A DNA stretch of 64,000 nt. Source: Podarcis bocagei. Taxonomy: Eukaryota. Below, piece by piece: positions 1 to 11,968 of this stretch; within the stretch, counting starts at the first letter, position 1, and the number at the start of each line of letters is the position of its first letter. The stretch lies in NCBI GenBank assembly GCA_964188305.1, contig OZ076886.1. The stretch is one strand, 5' to 3'. The position numbers and the translations under genes are program-made. The notes below the pieces were generated by a model. It was not told where the DNA came from. It saw only the letters and a program-made list of their open reading frames with translations, and searched no databases.

Positions 1-606
1 CCCAAATTGTTCCAATTAACCTCATGCTCCCGGACGCCAAGCTACAGAAGTATGTTAGCCAATTAGTAAGCCAGAGACTTCCAACTCAAATAGAACTGGT
101 AGACTCGCTTCAGGAGGTACATAATGGGTGCAGCTCAATTCTATTGAAATAAATGGCAGAAAAATAATAATAAGCGGGATAAAAGCAGCATTATACCACC
201 CCAATCCAAAGACCAAATGAGTCAAAGTGCTAGCAGATGGGCTAATGGATAATCTAGGTAAATTCTCTTCTGCCTACTTGCCTGCTTCAGAACTACACAC
301 CTAGCGCATTCTGGAAAAATAAAAGGAAGGCCATCAGGAACAGCCACCCAAATATGCTCTGTGGCTCATCTATCCCCAAATGAATGGTAGGTGGGCACAC
401 CTGGTACAAAATAACAAACTCATCCATTGGGATTCATTACTCGTGACATTAATTTCAGAACAAATAGAAATTGCACCAAGCAAGCTCCAATTGGTTAATT
501 CTTATCATTCATTTTCAAATGAATTCAACCCCCACTCAGCTGTTAAAGGGAAGCTACCTACAGTATCGTGCATTTTTGGCAATGGCCCTATGTCTATTCC
601 TCACTA

Positions 607-1104
607 CAGTGGTACCTTGGTTCTCAAACGCCTTGGTACTCAAACAACTTGGAACCCAAACACTGCAAACCCAGAAGTAAGTGTTCCAGTTTGCAAACTT
701 TTTCGGAAGCCAAACATGCTCTGTTTTGAGTTTTGCGCTTCCGATTTGAGTGCTACAGTTTTGTTTTGAGTGTTACGCTGAGGTCTGTATGTTTATGCAA
801 TTTATTTTGCATTTTTCTTTTTTGTGGCTCTTTTTGTTTTGTTTTTGTGACTGTGTGGAACCCAGTTCAGCTACTGATTGATTGTGTGACTGCAGTACAT
901 TGTTTATTGATTTCATTTTATGGATCAATGGTCTCATTAGAGAGTAAAATTCATGTTAAATTGCTGTTTTAGGGGTTGTTTTTAAGAGTCGGCTTAATCC
1001 ATTTTGTATTACTTTCTATGGGAAAGAGTGCCTTGGTTTTGGAACACTTTGGTTTTGGAATGGACTCCCGGTATGGATTAAGTTTGAGAACCAAGGTACC
1101 ACTG
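607..1104. mobile_element. Tc1/mariner (Tigger/pogo-like) non-autonomous element, ~500 bp subfamily
   Basis: TA-CAGTGGTACCTTGGTTCTCAAAC...GTTTGAGAACCAAGGTACCACTG-TA: 23-bp TIRs flanked by TA (605-606, 1105-1106). Confidence 0.9.
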
Positions 1105-1106
1105 TA

Positions 1107-1326
1107 CTTAATTCGTTCCGGAGGTCTGTTCTTAACCTGAAACTGTTCTTAACCTGAAGCACCACTTTAGCTAATGGAGCCTCCCGCTGATGCCGCGCCG
1201 CCGGAGCACAATTTCTGTTCTCATCCTGAAGCAAAGTTCTTAACCCGAGGTAATATTTCTGGGTTAGTGGAGTCTGTAACCTGAAGCATGTGTTACCTGA
1301 AGCATACATAACCCGAGGTACCACTG
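1107..1326. mobile_element. Tigger-like ~230-bp MITE lacking its left TIR
   Basis: Body matches the copies at 28035 and 53854; right TIR TAACCCGAGGTACCACTG-TA is intact; the first ~21 nt are replaced by the adjacent element. Confidence 0.88.
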
Positions 1327-1859
1327 TATTTGCAAAGGGGGGGGGGTTACAAGCAAGATGTCCACAAATACTTTCTTGCCAAGGCAAACATAGTGACCAG
1401 TGTGTCTTTCTGAAACTTTCTTCACTTCAGGTCCTCAGTGAACTAGCTAACCTTTACCTTATAAATTATTCCAAACTTCACAAGGGGAAATCAGCAACCT
1501 TAGTGGAAATAACCCCTTTTTACACTGGCTAAGAAGAAAAGGAAAGGAAAGGAAACAACATCCTTTGTTTTAAAGGGGAAATGGTAAAGAATAGGAAAAA
1601 CCACTAAATGCTCAAACTAAACCTTTAAAATTTGATTTTCCATCTCTGTTGCCAGCAGTGAGAGATGTCTCTCTGCTCTCATATAATTTTCAACAGCCAG
1701 AAGAAAAGCAGGTTTTGCTAACTGTGGTTGCTCTTTCCATTCAAAATCCTTGATAACCAATGAAAGCTATGATAGCAATCTGCTTATGAGAAAATATACA
1801 TAATATAAAATGAATCTAGATAATTAATGTATAATGTTGTTTTGGGGGAGCAGACTATG

Positions 1860-2507
1860 CATGCCCACTCACACCACAAAGAACTCATAACCCACCTACT
1901 CTCAGCAGCCAGAAACATCATAACCAGACACTAGAGAGATCTGTCAGGAGAAAGCGTGGACCAATGGTACCAAATAGTGTGGGAAGCAGCCTTACTAGAA
2001 AATTTAACCAATGAACTGAAACTAACATGGGGACAAATAGAAGAAAACGCCTTCACCCCAGTATGGCTCCCCTTTATCACATACACAGCCCAACAAGACA
2101 ACGACAAGAATCCACCAACAGCATACAAATCAATTTGGCTAACCTGATCCAAAACACACACACACACCCCACTCACACATGAAAACAAAGACCACCACAG
2201 CCAACAATAAACAAGCAACCACCCACCCCCTAAGGCCAACCCCAACCTCTCTCACCACCAAAGGAACACAAGTGAATAGTAAGGAGAACCCGCACAAGCA
2301 ATGCTGACACAAAACCCCACATATACACTAAGTAGAATAGAAACATCGCCACCCGACCCTAGCCCCACTCACCATGCCCCCCTTTTCTTCCTAATGTAAT
2401 ACTAATGTCTCAACAAATGAAACTGATCTATTAAAAATGTAACTTGAAAAAAGAGACATAGCACATACTTTTGTAAACCAAGAAATCTTTAATAATAAAA
2501 AATTAAA
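1860..2507 (+). mobile_element. L1/Tx1-clade LINE 3' end (ORF2 C-terminus plus 3' UTR)
   Basis: Frame reads LLSAARNIITRH*...DQWYQIVWEAALLENLT...FTPVWLPFITY (AAR..I...W and F...W.P motifs of L1-type ORF2 ends), then a C/A-rich UTR and AATAATAAAAAA tail. Confidence 0.7.
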
Positions 2508-2949
2508 GAATGTGAACTTTGGAAAACTGCTACAGAAAAGTTTGCATCTATTAATTTTGATAAGGTTGCATTTTTTATCTACCAAGCTGATATCAGACAT
2601 TCTACAGTGGGCGCATGCATGCTCCAGTTGTTTCCGTAGAAAGTTCTAATATGTGCAAAAGACAGTTTTCTCTCTCTGACTCTCTCACACACACTTGTCA
2701 CTGATTCAGTGATAAGGAAGCAGCATAACCCCCCTTTGACCACAGCAAATGAACTGATTTCAGTGGCCATCCCTGATGCTTGTCCATTTTATGTTCCCTG
2801 AATGCCTCTGATTTTACACTGGGGACAGCACAAAAGTGGAGAACACGCTTTTAATCCCCAGCATCTGCAGATGGAGGTGAGAAAGATTCTTGGGGAAATA
2901 AAGAATCCTGAAAGAGGTGCTGTTGAGATTGCTGCATTCATAGAATTGC

Positions 2950-3443
2950 ATGGGTCTCAAACAAAGATGTGCTCTTCCATGCCCACATTCCCAGCATGTT
3001 CAAACTCCTGTCTCAGCAATGTTTATACTGGCTTGGCCATGTCCACAGAATGGAAGATGGCAGGATCCCCAAGGACATGCGCTATGGAGAGCTGGCTTCA
3101 GGCACCAGGCTTGTTGGTGGACCAACTCTGCATTATAAAGGTGTCTGCATATGTGACATGAAGGCTGGCAACGTTAATCCCATCCCTTATAGATGACCCA
3201 CAGTGTCTGGAGACAGTCAGAGGGTATATATCAGTGACCAGAGGAGAAATGACAGCTAAGATGAGTGCAGAGAGAAGAAACGCCATGGTGCATCTGTAAC
3301 AGTGAAACTAGATGCTTTCATCAGCCCCAGTTGCAATTAAATATGTCTCTCCCATATTGGCCTCTACTGCCACAGCAGGCACTGTAACCTTCCAAAAGTT
3401 TGACTGAACTCCTCCATTGTCTCCCAAGACAGAAGGATGCCAG
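2950..3443 (+). mobile_element. RTE-clade LINE 3' fragment
   Basis: ORF 2969-3196 WLGHVHRMEDGRIPKDMRYGEL is the canonical RTE C-terminal motif; a degenerate C2H2 finger follows. Confidence 0.85.
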
Positions 3444-3499
3444 TCAGGGGGTTGGGTTTGAGGTCCCTTCCAACTCTATAGTTCTATGATTCTGAGTGT

Positions 3500-3830
3500 A
3501 GGTAACAGATAAAGGACATCTGGTTAAGTCCAGTCAAATGAGACTATGGGTTTCCACAGACAGCTTTCTGGGTCATGTGGCCAGAATGATGAAACCACTT
3601 CTGGCGCAACGGCATGACGGAAACCAGAGTGCATGGAAACGCTGTTTACTTTCCTGCCACAGCAGTACCTATTTATTTACTTGCACTGGTATGCTTTCGA
3701 ACTGCTAGATTGGCAGGAGCTGGGACAGAGGAACGGGAGCTCACTCCGTCATGGGGATTTGAACTGCCAGCCTTCTGATTGGCAAGCCCAAGAAGCTCAG
3801 TGGTTTAGACCACAGCGCCACCCACATCCC
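3500..3830 (-). mobile_element. Sauria SINE
   Basis: Shares body with 9665-9996 (GTACCTATTTAT.TACTTGCACT, GGGAGCTCAC); probable TSD TTCTGAGTGT/TTCCGAGTGT at 3490-3499 and 3831-3840. Confidence 0.88.
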
Positions 3831-4236
3831 TTCCGAGTGTGAGCCATACTGAGGTCTACAGACCAATGGTCTACCTCAGTATAGGCCAGTTTCCCATGTC
3901 TCACTCATATACAAGCACACAATAATACACATTCACATTGACAGAAGAGGCAACCGGGTCCACATATGCAATGGGATGCATTCACAGAGTAGCCCTCATA
4001 TTTATATTCAATTTTTCCACCAAGGAGCTCAAGGAGGCATCCATTGTTCTCTCCCATCTCCATTTAATCCTCACAACAGCGATGTGATGTAGCTTAGACT
4101 GAGAAAGAGGCACACGGAGAACAGAAGTCACTTAAAGAGAACCCTCAAGTGTGTTCTCTACATCCAAGGTATAGGTGGGGACCATTTTGCATGGGGGTTC
4201 CGTTTCTGGCCCCCGCATCGAGCGAGCAAAAGCCGC

Positions 4237-4832
4237 TGTGATGGCCTGGGAATCAGATTCAGAGGCTGAACCGGAGGAATCCCAGCCTGCACAGGAGTCC
4301 CCGCCTCCAGGGCCTGCTGAGCTGGGGCAGGGCCTTGATTCTGAAGCGCCTGCACCTGTGCCGGATCCTCAGGAGCAGGCACCAGGTGAATCCACTCTGG
4401 CTCCGGAGGCGATTGAGGACGCATTGCCTACAGGTGCGCCTTTCCCAGCCCTGTCAGGGGAAGGTGCGTCTCCCCCTGGGTCCAGTAACCCTCCGGCCTC
4501 TCCTGAGCTGCAGAGGCTCAGGGCAGAGAGGCGGAGGGAACTGGTTTCCTCCAGGAGGAGTGCTCGCCTTAAGGCCAGGAGAGGCGGGTCACCTGGGGGC
4601 CGGGGCTGCCCCCAGGTGACCACTATAAAGGCCAGTCAGCCCGGTCCCAGGTTGCGGGAGCAACGTCATTGAAGAGCTGTTTCGGCCAGCACCCAGTCCG
4701 GTTCCCCCAGAGTTCCTGTCCTTGCCCGGCTCCTCGCTGTGGACCCCGCTTTGCCCATGGAGGACTGTCTGCCGACCCTCGACTCAGGTCCTGGACCTCG
4801 CCCCATGGTAACCTCCCCCCTGGACCAGCACA
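4237..4832 (+). mobile_element. Solo LTR (probably Gypsy/Ty3-type)
   Basis: TG...CA termini with imperfect terminal inverted repeats (TGTGATGGCCTGGG / CCTGGACCAGCACA), perfect 5-bp TSD GCCGC (4232-4236, 4833-4837), TATAAAG at 4624-4630. Confidence 0.85.
4241..4672 (+). CDS. 143-aa ORF inside the LTR U3 (acidic/Pro-rich N-part, Arg-rich RRSARL C-part); retroelement-derived, expression unknown
   Basis: Uninterrupted frame MAWESDSEAEPEES...ERRRELVSSRRSARLKARR...; ATG at LTR nt 5 in a gtgATGG context. Confidence 0.4.
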   Translation: MAWESDSEAEPEESQPAQESPPPGPAELGQGLDSEAPAPVPDPQEQAPGESTLAPEAIEDALPTGAPFPALSGEGASPPGSSNPPASPELQRLRAERRRELVSSRRSARLKARRGGSPGGRGCPQVTTIKASQPGPRLREQRH

Positions 4833-6474
4833 GCCGCACATCAATTGGATGCACCTAAAATAGTTGCTGCCTGTATTTTTTTAAATATTTTTCGGTAGTC
4901 TCCATTCATCATTTGCCCAAATTAAATCTTAGTATGGTGGAAACCATGGCTTGAACTGCATAGCTAAACCTGGCAAGGAGAGCAAGCAAATGCCTCTACC
5001 TGCTTGACTTTGCCAAGCAACTCTGAGGTTGCTTGGTATGCTGAGAACACTGTTATGGGTTTTGAATGGAAGGACAAAGCAGCAATACTTTTGAGATTCA
5101 ATAAGAACACATTCCTATCTTGCCAGAAAACATTAGCACATCAATTCTGCTGATAACGTTGGATTGATCATCATAGGCAGGAAGCCTGTTCTGTATTTTC
5201 TGATACTTACATTAAACCAAAAACATACAAAGTAAAGAGCAGATAAAGAACATTAAAGGCAGAAAAGCCTATTTGGTATCAAATATAAAATCCCTTCCAC
5301 ATGCAAAAATAAGGAGAAAAGAAATCCCTGCAGATTTCAAAGGAAGTTACACAAGTAATCTGGAATGGGCGGCATTACATCTGAGAGCAGAGCAAAAGTA
5401 AAGCTTGTATCAATATTCTAAGTATTCTGAAGCGTAGTCATTTGTCATGCTCTGCAAATAGACAAGATTCTTAAAGTATCAGAGCATTTCATCTTTTTAA
5501 AACACATCCAGTCATTTTTTAAAATTTCTTAGCTGCACACCTTCAAATGCAGAGTATTTATTGCCATTCTTTAAAGAAATTTCTTTCCTGTGTTGTAACA
5601 ACGTAGTAGATGTTCCGTATTTATTGTGTTTCACATAGATCCATATTGAATGCACTTAGAATATAAGGAAATGGCTCAGTTTATTGCCAGCCCTGTAAAC
5701 TCAGCCTGGCATTTGAGGTGTGCCTTACACAAATGAGTGCAAAGTGCTTCCAGACCCTTCACAACCTCTTCAAAAAATACCTGTAGGCTTTGATCATTTG
5801 GTTTTCATGTAGAAATATACAGATTACACTTTGTTATAAGCAAAAGGCCATCACACAAGTCACATTGCCTCATTTGTCAGGTATACTTATATGCATATCA
5901 ACACCCACCAGCGAATTAGGTAAATAAGCCACCAAGCTTATTCAGGCAATTAAGAAATACCCTACTATAGTAGTTGATTTCTGATCTTAAGGATCTCTGG
6001 GCTCCTTGGGGAGAAGGCCAGGATAGATATTTAATAAATACTAAATATGTATGGATAGAATCCATCAATCGGCTATAAGCCACAGTTTTCTAGGAAATGG
6101 TGGTTTAAATTCAGGGTGACTATCCCACAGTTCAGAGACCTGATCTGGACACAAGATTACAATGACTTTGGAACAAGCAGCAAAAAAGGGGTGTGTGAAA
6201 TAGTGCTGGGATCAGTAGAGTGCAGTAGCCTGATGGTGATGAAAATTGTCCTCTTCCTGATTTTCAAACTGATCATTTGATGAGCAGATCAGCTGATGAG
6301 AGGAGAGAGTATGATAGGTGTCTCCACTCACTTTTGCTGGTGTGTGTGGTCCTAGGAGAGTTGGCCAAAGATTAATGCACCCAAGGATAAAAAGACTAAG
6401 CCACCCCTCGGTTAAACTAACCATGGTTTTTGTAATCTTGAGTTCCTGGTTCTGGGGAAAAGGCAGGGTATGGG

Positions 6475-6615
6475 ATCATAGAAATGTAGAGTAGGAAGTG
6501 CCTGTGAGGGTCATCAATTCCAACCCTCTGCAATGCAGGAATCTTTTTGTGCAACTTGGGGCTCAAAACCATGACCCTGAGATTAAGAGTCTCATGCTCT
6601 ATTGGCTGAGCTATC
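6475..6615 (-). mobile_element. tRNA-Lys-derived SINE with CR1-like tail (lacertid type)
   Basis: Reverse strand reads GATAGCTCAG..TAGAGCATGAGACTCTTAATCTCAGGGTC (tRNA-Lys CTT head) followed by ATTCCTGCATTGCAG and a CR1-like tail. Confidence 0.85.
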
Positions 6616-6898
6616 AAATACAATGATGATGATGGTTATAGAAGCGCCAAAGAGGAGAGGTGAGGGAGAAACACACAGGGCCCCTTGCTCATTCTTAATA
6701 AACTATGGTTTATTAATAAACCTGGCTTTCTTAAATAAACTATGGTTTATGAAGTCAATGTTGTTACTTATGAGAGTGAATGAAAAAAAGGCAAGACAGC
6801 AATACTCAGATATCCTAAACATATGAGTGCAACTTTCATGTAGATAGCTATTAATACCTTGCTCTGACACCTAAACCTGAACCAAAAGCACTACAGCA

Positions 6899-7141
6899 TA
6901 GCCTCCAACATTTCTCTAATGAAAATAGGGACTCCTATTCAATGTAATAATAATTTTATTTATATGCCACCCATTAAACATTTAAAAACATCCCTATACA
7001 GGGCTGTCTTCAGATGTCTTCTAAGGGTTATTCTTCGATGAAAATACAGACATCCTAAGGAAAAACGGGTCATTCTGGGATCAAATCAGAAAACAGGATG
7101 GCTTCTGTAAATCTGGAACTGTACCTGGAAAAGAGGGTCTG
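6899..7141. mobile_element. Degenerate hAT-type MITE with an inserted L2 3' fragment
   Basis: 8-bp direct repeat CTACAGCA at 6891-6898 and 7142-7149; internal CCCTATACAGGGCTGTCTTCAGATGTCTTCT matches the L2 tail family. Confidence 0.5.
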
Positions 7142-7484
7142 CTACAGCAATGAATATGAATGACCAAGCACCGATTCATTTATATACTTTATGACACAAC
7201 ATCGCAACCCTGCATGGCAAGACATTTGTATGAAGCTGTTTCACAGGCAGTTTGCTGTGATCTCAGTCATTCCAGGAAAATTGCTGCCCCTTCTTGCCAC
7301 TCCGCTTTCCCCACTTCCCAAAAAAGAGGAAGATGAACATGGCTAAGAACAGGGAACGGGGACCTTCCTGCATCAACCTTCTTCCAGGGATCGCTTACCA
7401 ATTGTGGGTGTAGCAAAAGGTGTGGCCAGAAACACACTACTCTCCATCTTCCATCCAGGCAAGCAAGGTTACAGTGCACTAGAG

Positions 7485-7620
7485 CAGTGTTCCCCAACCT
7501 TGGGCCTCCAGCTGTTTTTGGACTACAACTCCCATCATCCCTCGCTAGCAAGATCAGTGGTCAAGGATGATGGGAATTGTAGTCCAAAAACAGCTGGAGG
7601 CCCAAGGTTGGGGAACACTG
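7485..7620. mobile_element. hAT-Charlie (URR1-like) palindromic MITE
   Basis: ~55-bp near-perfect inverted arms containing GGACTACAACTCCCATCATCC; perfect 8-bp TSD CACTAGAG (7477-7484, 7621-7628). Confidence 0.92.
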
Positions 7621-7826
7621 CACTAGAGGATGGTGCACAGTGGGGCCAGTGAGGGATATGACCTGGGCAGGGTTCCAAAAGCCAGGCACATTTGGTTGCC
7701 AGGCCTAAGGCTCCCCTACCCCTGCTAAGAGTATGAATTATTACAAGCCTTAAGTTCGAATATTAACACAGTTGTGGACCATGTAATGTTGATATCATCC
7801 CTCTCACCAGGAATGATAATCCTGAC

Positions 7827-8595
7827 CAGGGCTTTTTTTTAGCTGGAACTCACCAGAACTCAGTTCTGGCACCTCATAGGTGAGTGCTATTGCCGTTATG
7901 TCCTGAACCCCTGGCCTACTTGGCAGCAAGTCAGTATGTCAAGTCCCCAGTTCAAGGTCAAGCCACATGTCCAAAGTCCAAACCAAAGCACAGTCCTGCA
8001 GAGATCCTGGAGCATCCAAGTTGAAGCTCATAAACATGGGCAGATGAGCAGCCACAGTCCCTCAGCTCTGCTGCTCTTTTCTACTATGCACGCTGATTGC
8101 AGCATCTGGGCTCAATGAGGGATAGGACTCTCACCTGCCCCAAAGCTACACCAGCTGAGGAATCACACACCTCTGTCCAGAGCTAGCAAACCCCACCTGG
8201 CCAGCGAGGGAGCTGGGCTGCGGGCCTTTGCCTGCATCAACTTCCTAGAGTGCTGCTCCGACTGCTCCCTACGCCTCAGAACTTACCGTGTTCATGGGGA
8301 CAGGGACCCCTCTAGCTCTGGTGATGGGTCCTGCTGCTCTGGTTCCTGTGCACTGACCCCCGCCCCCTCAACATCCTGTGTCCCCCTGTGAGTACTTCCT
8401 ACACCAACATCACCTTCCCTAGCTTGTCCCTGTGTGTCCCAGTCCCAGTCCCAGTCCCAGCTATACCGCTTGCTGGGATCCTCTTCCTCTTCCTCCTCCT
8501 CCTCGTTGCCCTGCCAGTTCACAACACATTATAAGAGAACAAGGGAGGCATTCATGGTGAGTTCTGACACCTCTTTTTCTAGAAAAATAACACTG
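7827..8595. mobile_element. hAT MITE interrupted by a solo LTR
   Basis: 8-bp TSD ATCCTGAC (7819-7826, 8596-8603); halves 7827-7898 and 8527-8595 rejoin to match the intact copy at 48527-48662. Confidence 0.88.
7899..8526 (-). mobile_element. Solo LTR (probably Gypsy/Ty3-type), older and decayed
   Basis: TG...CA termini with inverted ends TGTCCTGAAC / GTTCACAACA; 5-bp TSD CGTTA/CATTA (7894-7898, 8527-8531); decayed acidic ORF at its 5' end. Confidence 0.82.
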
Positions 8596-9664
8596 ATCCT
8601 GACCTATATTATGATTGCATCAAAAGGCATCTTGCTACAACTTATGTGAAGTATTCTGAGCACCTGGGCGAAACTGAGTTAAAAATACAATTATTATTAT
8701 TTTAAATTTATGTTCCTATGTACATTGGGTCAAACTTAAAGCTTAACAAAGCTTCAAAAGTAATTGGGTAGATTTGAATGACCTCTGTGTGGGTCTAATA
8801 ACCATTCAAACTTTATGGCCATTGTGATCAAAGAGGGCTGAAAGAGTTAACGGTTCTCCACAGGTTCAGGAGGTAATCAGCAAAAGAGTTGCCTGGGGCC
8901 TCACACAGTACAAGATGTCTCAAAAGCAACAGTACTTAATCCTGTGCAACTCAGCACTGGTGCACTTTGTCATCAAACTACAGGGACACCCGTCTCGTGA
9001 TAGATTATTCTCATCTCGGCCAAAAGGAAAATATCAGCTCTTTTTCTCTGCTTGGTATTACTGCTGGGAGTTTTGGGCTATGCGCTTGGTGTCTAGAACT
9101 CATTCAACCATCCATCTCAAGGTTACAGTTCAGTACATGTCCTTCTGCTACTTGCCACTAATGGGACCCGCACAGCTTCCAATACCTACTTTCATTCATA
9201 AAATTTAAAGTTTGTTCAGAAGTAGGGTGCTTTTTTGAACAATTATTCCCAATATCAATTAAATTCTTCTAGTCACATTTCATCACTAGCAGCATGGAAT
9301 CAGGGCTGTTTATATTTTCGCTGTGCTTCTGGATTCAATCCAGGAACAGCAATCATTAGCAAGTAGATTATTTTTTTTTTAAAAAAGGAAATGTTCAAGC
9401 CCTCTAAAACAGGAGATTACTGTAAATTGGAACAGCTTCGTGTTAGAGAACACAAAAGGCTGCATGCAACACAGGTAACCAACAGATAAATACAACTCAG
9501 AAAAACATTTCTTCCTCCCAGCACCCTCAGCACAAGGCTAATGGATCAAGAAAAGGGCCATTGTCTCTTTCAAATTTTTATACTTTCGTATAAATTAGTT
9601 CACTGAGCAACCATCTCCTGAAAAACATAAACGCACTCACAATATAGTCTAGCCAAATATCTAG

Positions 9665-9996
9665 GTAAAGGTAAAGGGACCCCTGACCATTAGGTCCAGT
9701 CGTGGCTGACTCTGGGGTTGCGGCGCTCATCTCGCTTTATTGGCCGAGGGAGCCGGCGTACAGCTTCCAAGTCATGTGGCCAGCATGACTAAGCTGCTTC
9801 TGGCGAACCACAGCAGCGCACGGAAACGTCATTTACCTTCCCGCCGGAGCAGTACCTATTTATCTACTTGCACTTTGATGTGCTTTCAAACTGCTAGGTT
9901 GGCAGGAGCAGGGGCCGAGCAACGGGAGCTCACCCTGTCGCGGGGATTCGAACCACCGACCTTCTGATCGGCCAGTCCTAGGCCACCCGCATCCCT
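9665..9996 (-). mobile_element. Sauria SINE
   Basis: (ACCTTT)n tail on the minus strand, typical body, perfect 13-bp TSD GCCAAATATCTAG (9652-9664, 9997-10009). Confidence 0.95.
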
Positions 9997-10147
9997 GCCA
10001 AATATCTAGTGTTGTGCAATTGAGCAGGCAGGCAATTCAGAAGATTATCAGTATCAGGAAAAGAGGGAAGAAAATAAAATAAAAATATTTTGAACCAATT
10101 TTACATTAGATATCTGGCAACAGTTTATTTATTTATTAAAAACTCAC

Positions 10148-10314
10148 TTGGACCCCTCAAAAGGTTCCTGCATACATAGCAGAGCGCTTGGCCTTTTCTC
10201 GTTCTGAGCACAGATCCTCTTAGAGCCAACTTCCGGATGTGTCACAAGTCATCTGGTAGCACAGAAACTCTAAAATGATGTTCACTAACAATGTTCTTTG
10301 TACCGTGATCCTAG
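10148..10314 (-). other. Candidate non-coding (5' UTR) exon
   Basis: Minus-strand donor AA|GTGAGT at 10147 and acceptor CTACATTTCCCCAG|CTAG|; stops in all three frames. Confidence 0.25.
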
Positions 10315-11324
10315 CTGGGGAAATGTAGTTTACAATACTGATAAGATATTAGTGGAGCTACACATATGCCCACAGCCTAGTGTTAATTAATTAAGCATAT
10401 TTATAGCCTGCCTTTCTTTCATTAGGGATGCTTCAGTTATCTCCATCTTCAAATAAGATGAATTTTTAAAGATAAATATGCTCTTGATTCCTGGTCACAT
10501 TTCATTCTTCATCGCTCTCTCTCTCTTACACACAACCACACAAAGATACTAATTTCTTTTTAGCATTAAAATAACAAAAATATTATTTTTCCTTCTGTTT
10601 CTTTTAAATCGGCAAAGAGCCAAAGCTTAGTAGAGTGTGTGCTTTAGATTCAGAAACTCCTCTCCCCTCTCTGGTTGCAGTTCCCTCTATAGCCAAATGG
10701 GAACCAATTGCATGCCCAGGAGCCATGTACCACCATCTGCACTTAGAATAAAATAGCCACACTTACAGACATTCATTTGGTTCAAATTAGGCCACAACTT
10801 TATTGATTACAGATGGGAGTGGCTTAGGCTTAAGCATTGGGTACAACCATTATCAACCAACCCACCTGAAGCTCAGTTCTCTCAAGTGTCATTGAACACA
10901 TATTGAGGGAGTCTATAACATGCATCAAAGAGGTGCAACCCCACAGAGATTGTCTTGAGGAGTGCTATGGCCCTAGCCACTGCCTGGGCATCCAGAGAGA
11001 AACACCTCTTCCAGGATCCCTTTAATGGGATACCCCAATCCTTGGAGGAGCAGGCAAGGCAAACAACCTCCAGCCATGACTAAGGCTTTTATCCAGTGCC
11101 ACCACCTGGGACCTTAGTCTTTCCTGTTTAGCAAGTTCTGGTTGCTATGTTGAGTTGCTGTTCTGTTGCTTATCAATAAATGCAACTACTGCCGTTCTCT
11201 CCACTCCTGTGGCTTCCTAGCATTAGGGAAGACCCCTTGCAATGCTTCTGCTAGATACTACACAGGGAGCCGTAGTAATGTGAAGGAAGGGGGAACCCCT
11301 TCACAATGAAGGGGAAGTTCTTCA

Positions 11325-11495
11325 TAGGAACTGGCATTTATCTGTATCATTCAGTTTTGTCAGCCCTGACTGGTAAGGGCTCTTCAGGGTTTCCGAGGGG
11401 GGCAATACCAGCCCTACCTGGATGTCGCAGAATGAACCTGGGGCCTTTTACATACAAAGCACGTTCTCTACTGCTGAGCTGCAACCTTTCCCCCT
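11325..11495 (-). mobile_element. tRNA-derived SINE (Squam3-like), degenerate
   Basis: CCAGCCCTACCTGGA...GAACCTGGGGCCTTT...CTACTGCTGAGCTG, shared with copies at 18472, 35025, 39590 and 62040. Confidence 0.7.
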
Positions 11496-11907
11496 TCATT
11501 CTGCATGTTCTCAGGATCCATGTCTACATATTGATGCTTGGTTTGTTGCACATTCATCAGACATAAGAAAAGCCTAGGAGAGGAAGGAGCACAAAGTACA
11601 TTTCTGGTTCACAGGAACTAAAATTAGCACCAGCTAAAGACAAAAGAACCACACCAGGAGAATTGCAGTGGTTTTTATTACACTTGGTGATAATAAAATA
11701 AATTAAAGATACCTGGGGGAACTCTGGACCAGCAATTACTAGCTCCATTGCGTTCCAGGCCAGCCCAATTTGCAGAGGTTGGAAAGCTTCATAGATTTCT
11801 CAGCAAAATCTTAACTTTGGAGTATCTGATACTGTTCAAAGAAGTCCACTCTCATGAAATGGTTTTGAGTTTGCTCATTCGTTTTTATACCCCTAAATCG
11901 ATGTGGG

Positions 11908-11910
<3 letters not shown>

Positions 11911-11968
<58 letters not shown>
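11911..11968. repeat. (AT)n microsatellite
   Basis: Direct reading. Confidence 0.98.

Noticed and set aside
4175-4240. N-terminal 22 codons of the 165-aa ORF
   Set aside because: They lie almost entirely outside the TSD-defined LTR and begin at a non-ATG codon; a chance in-frame flank.
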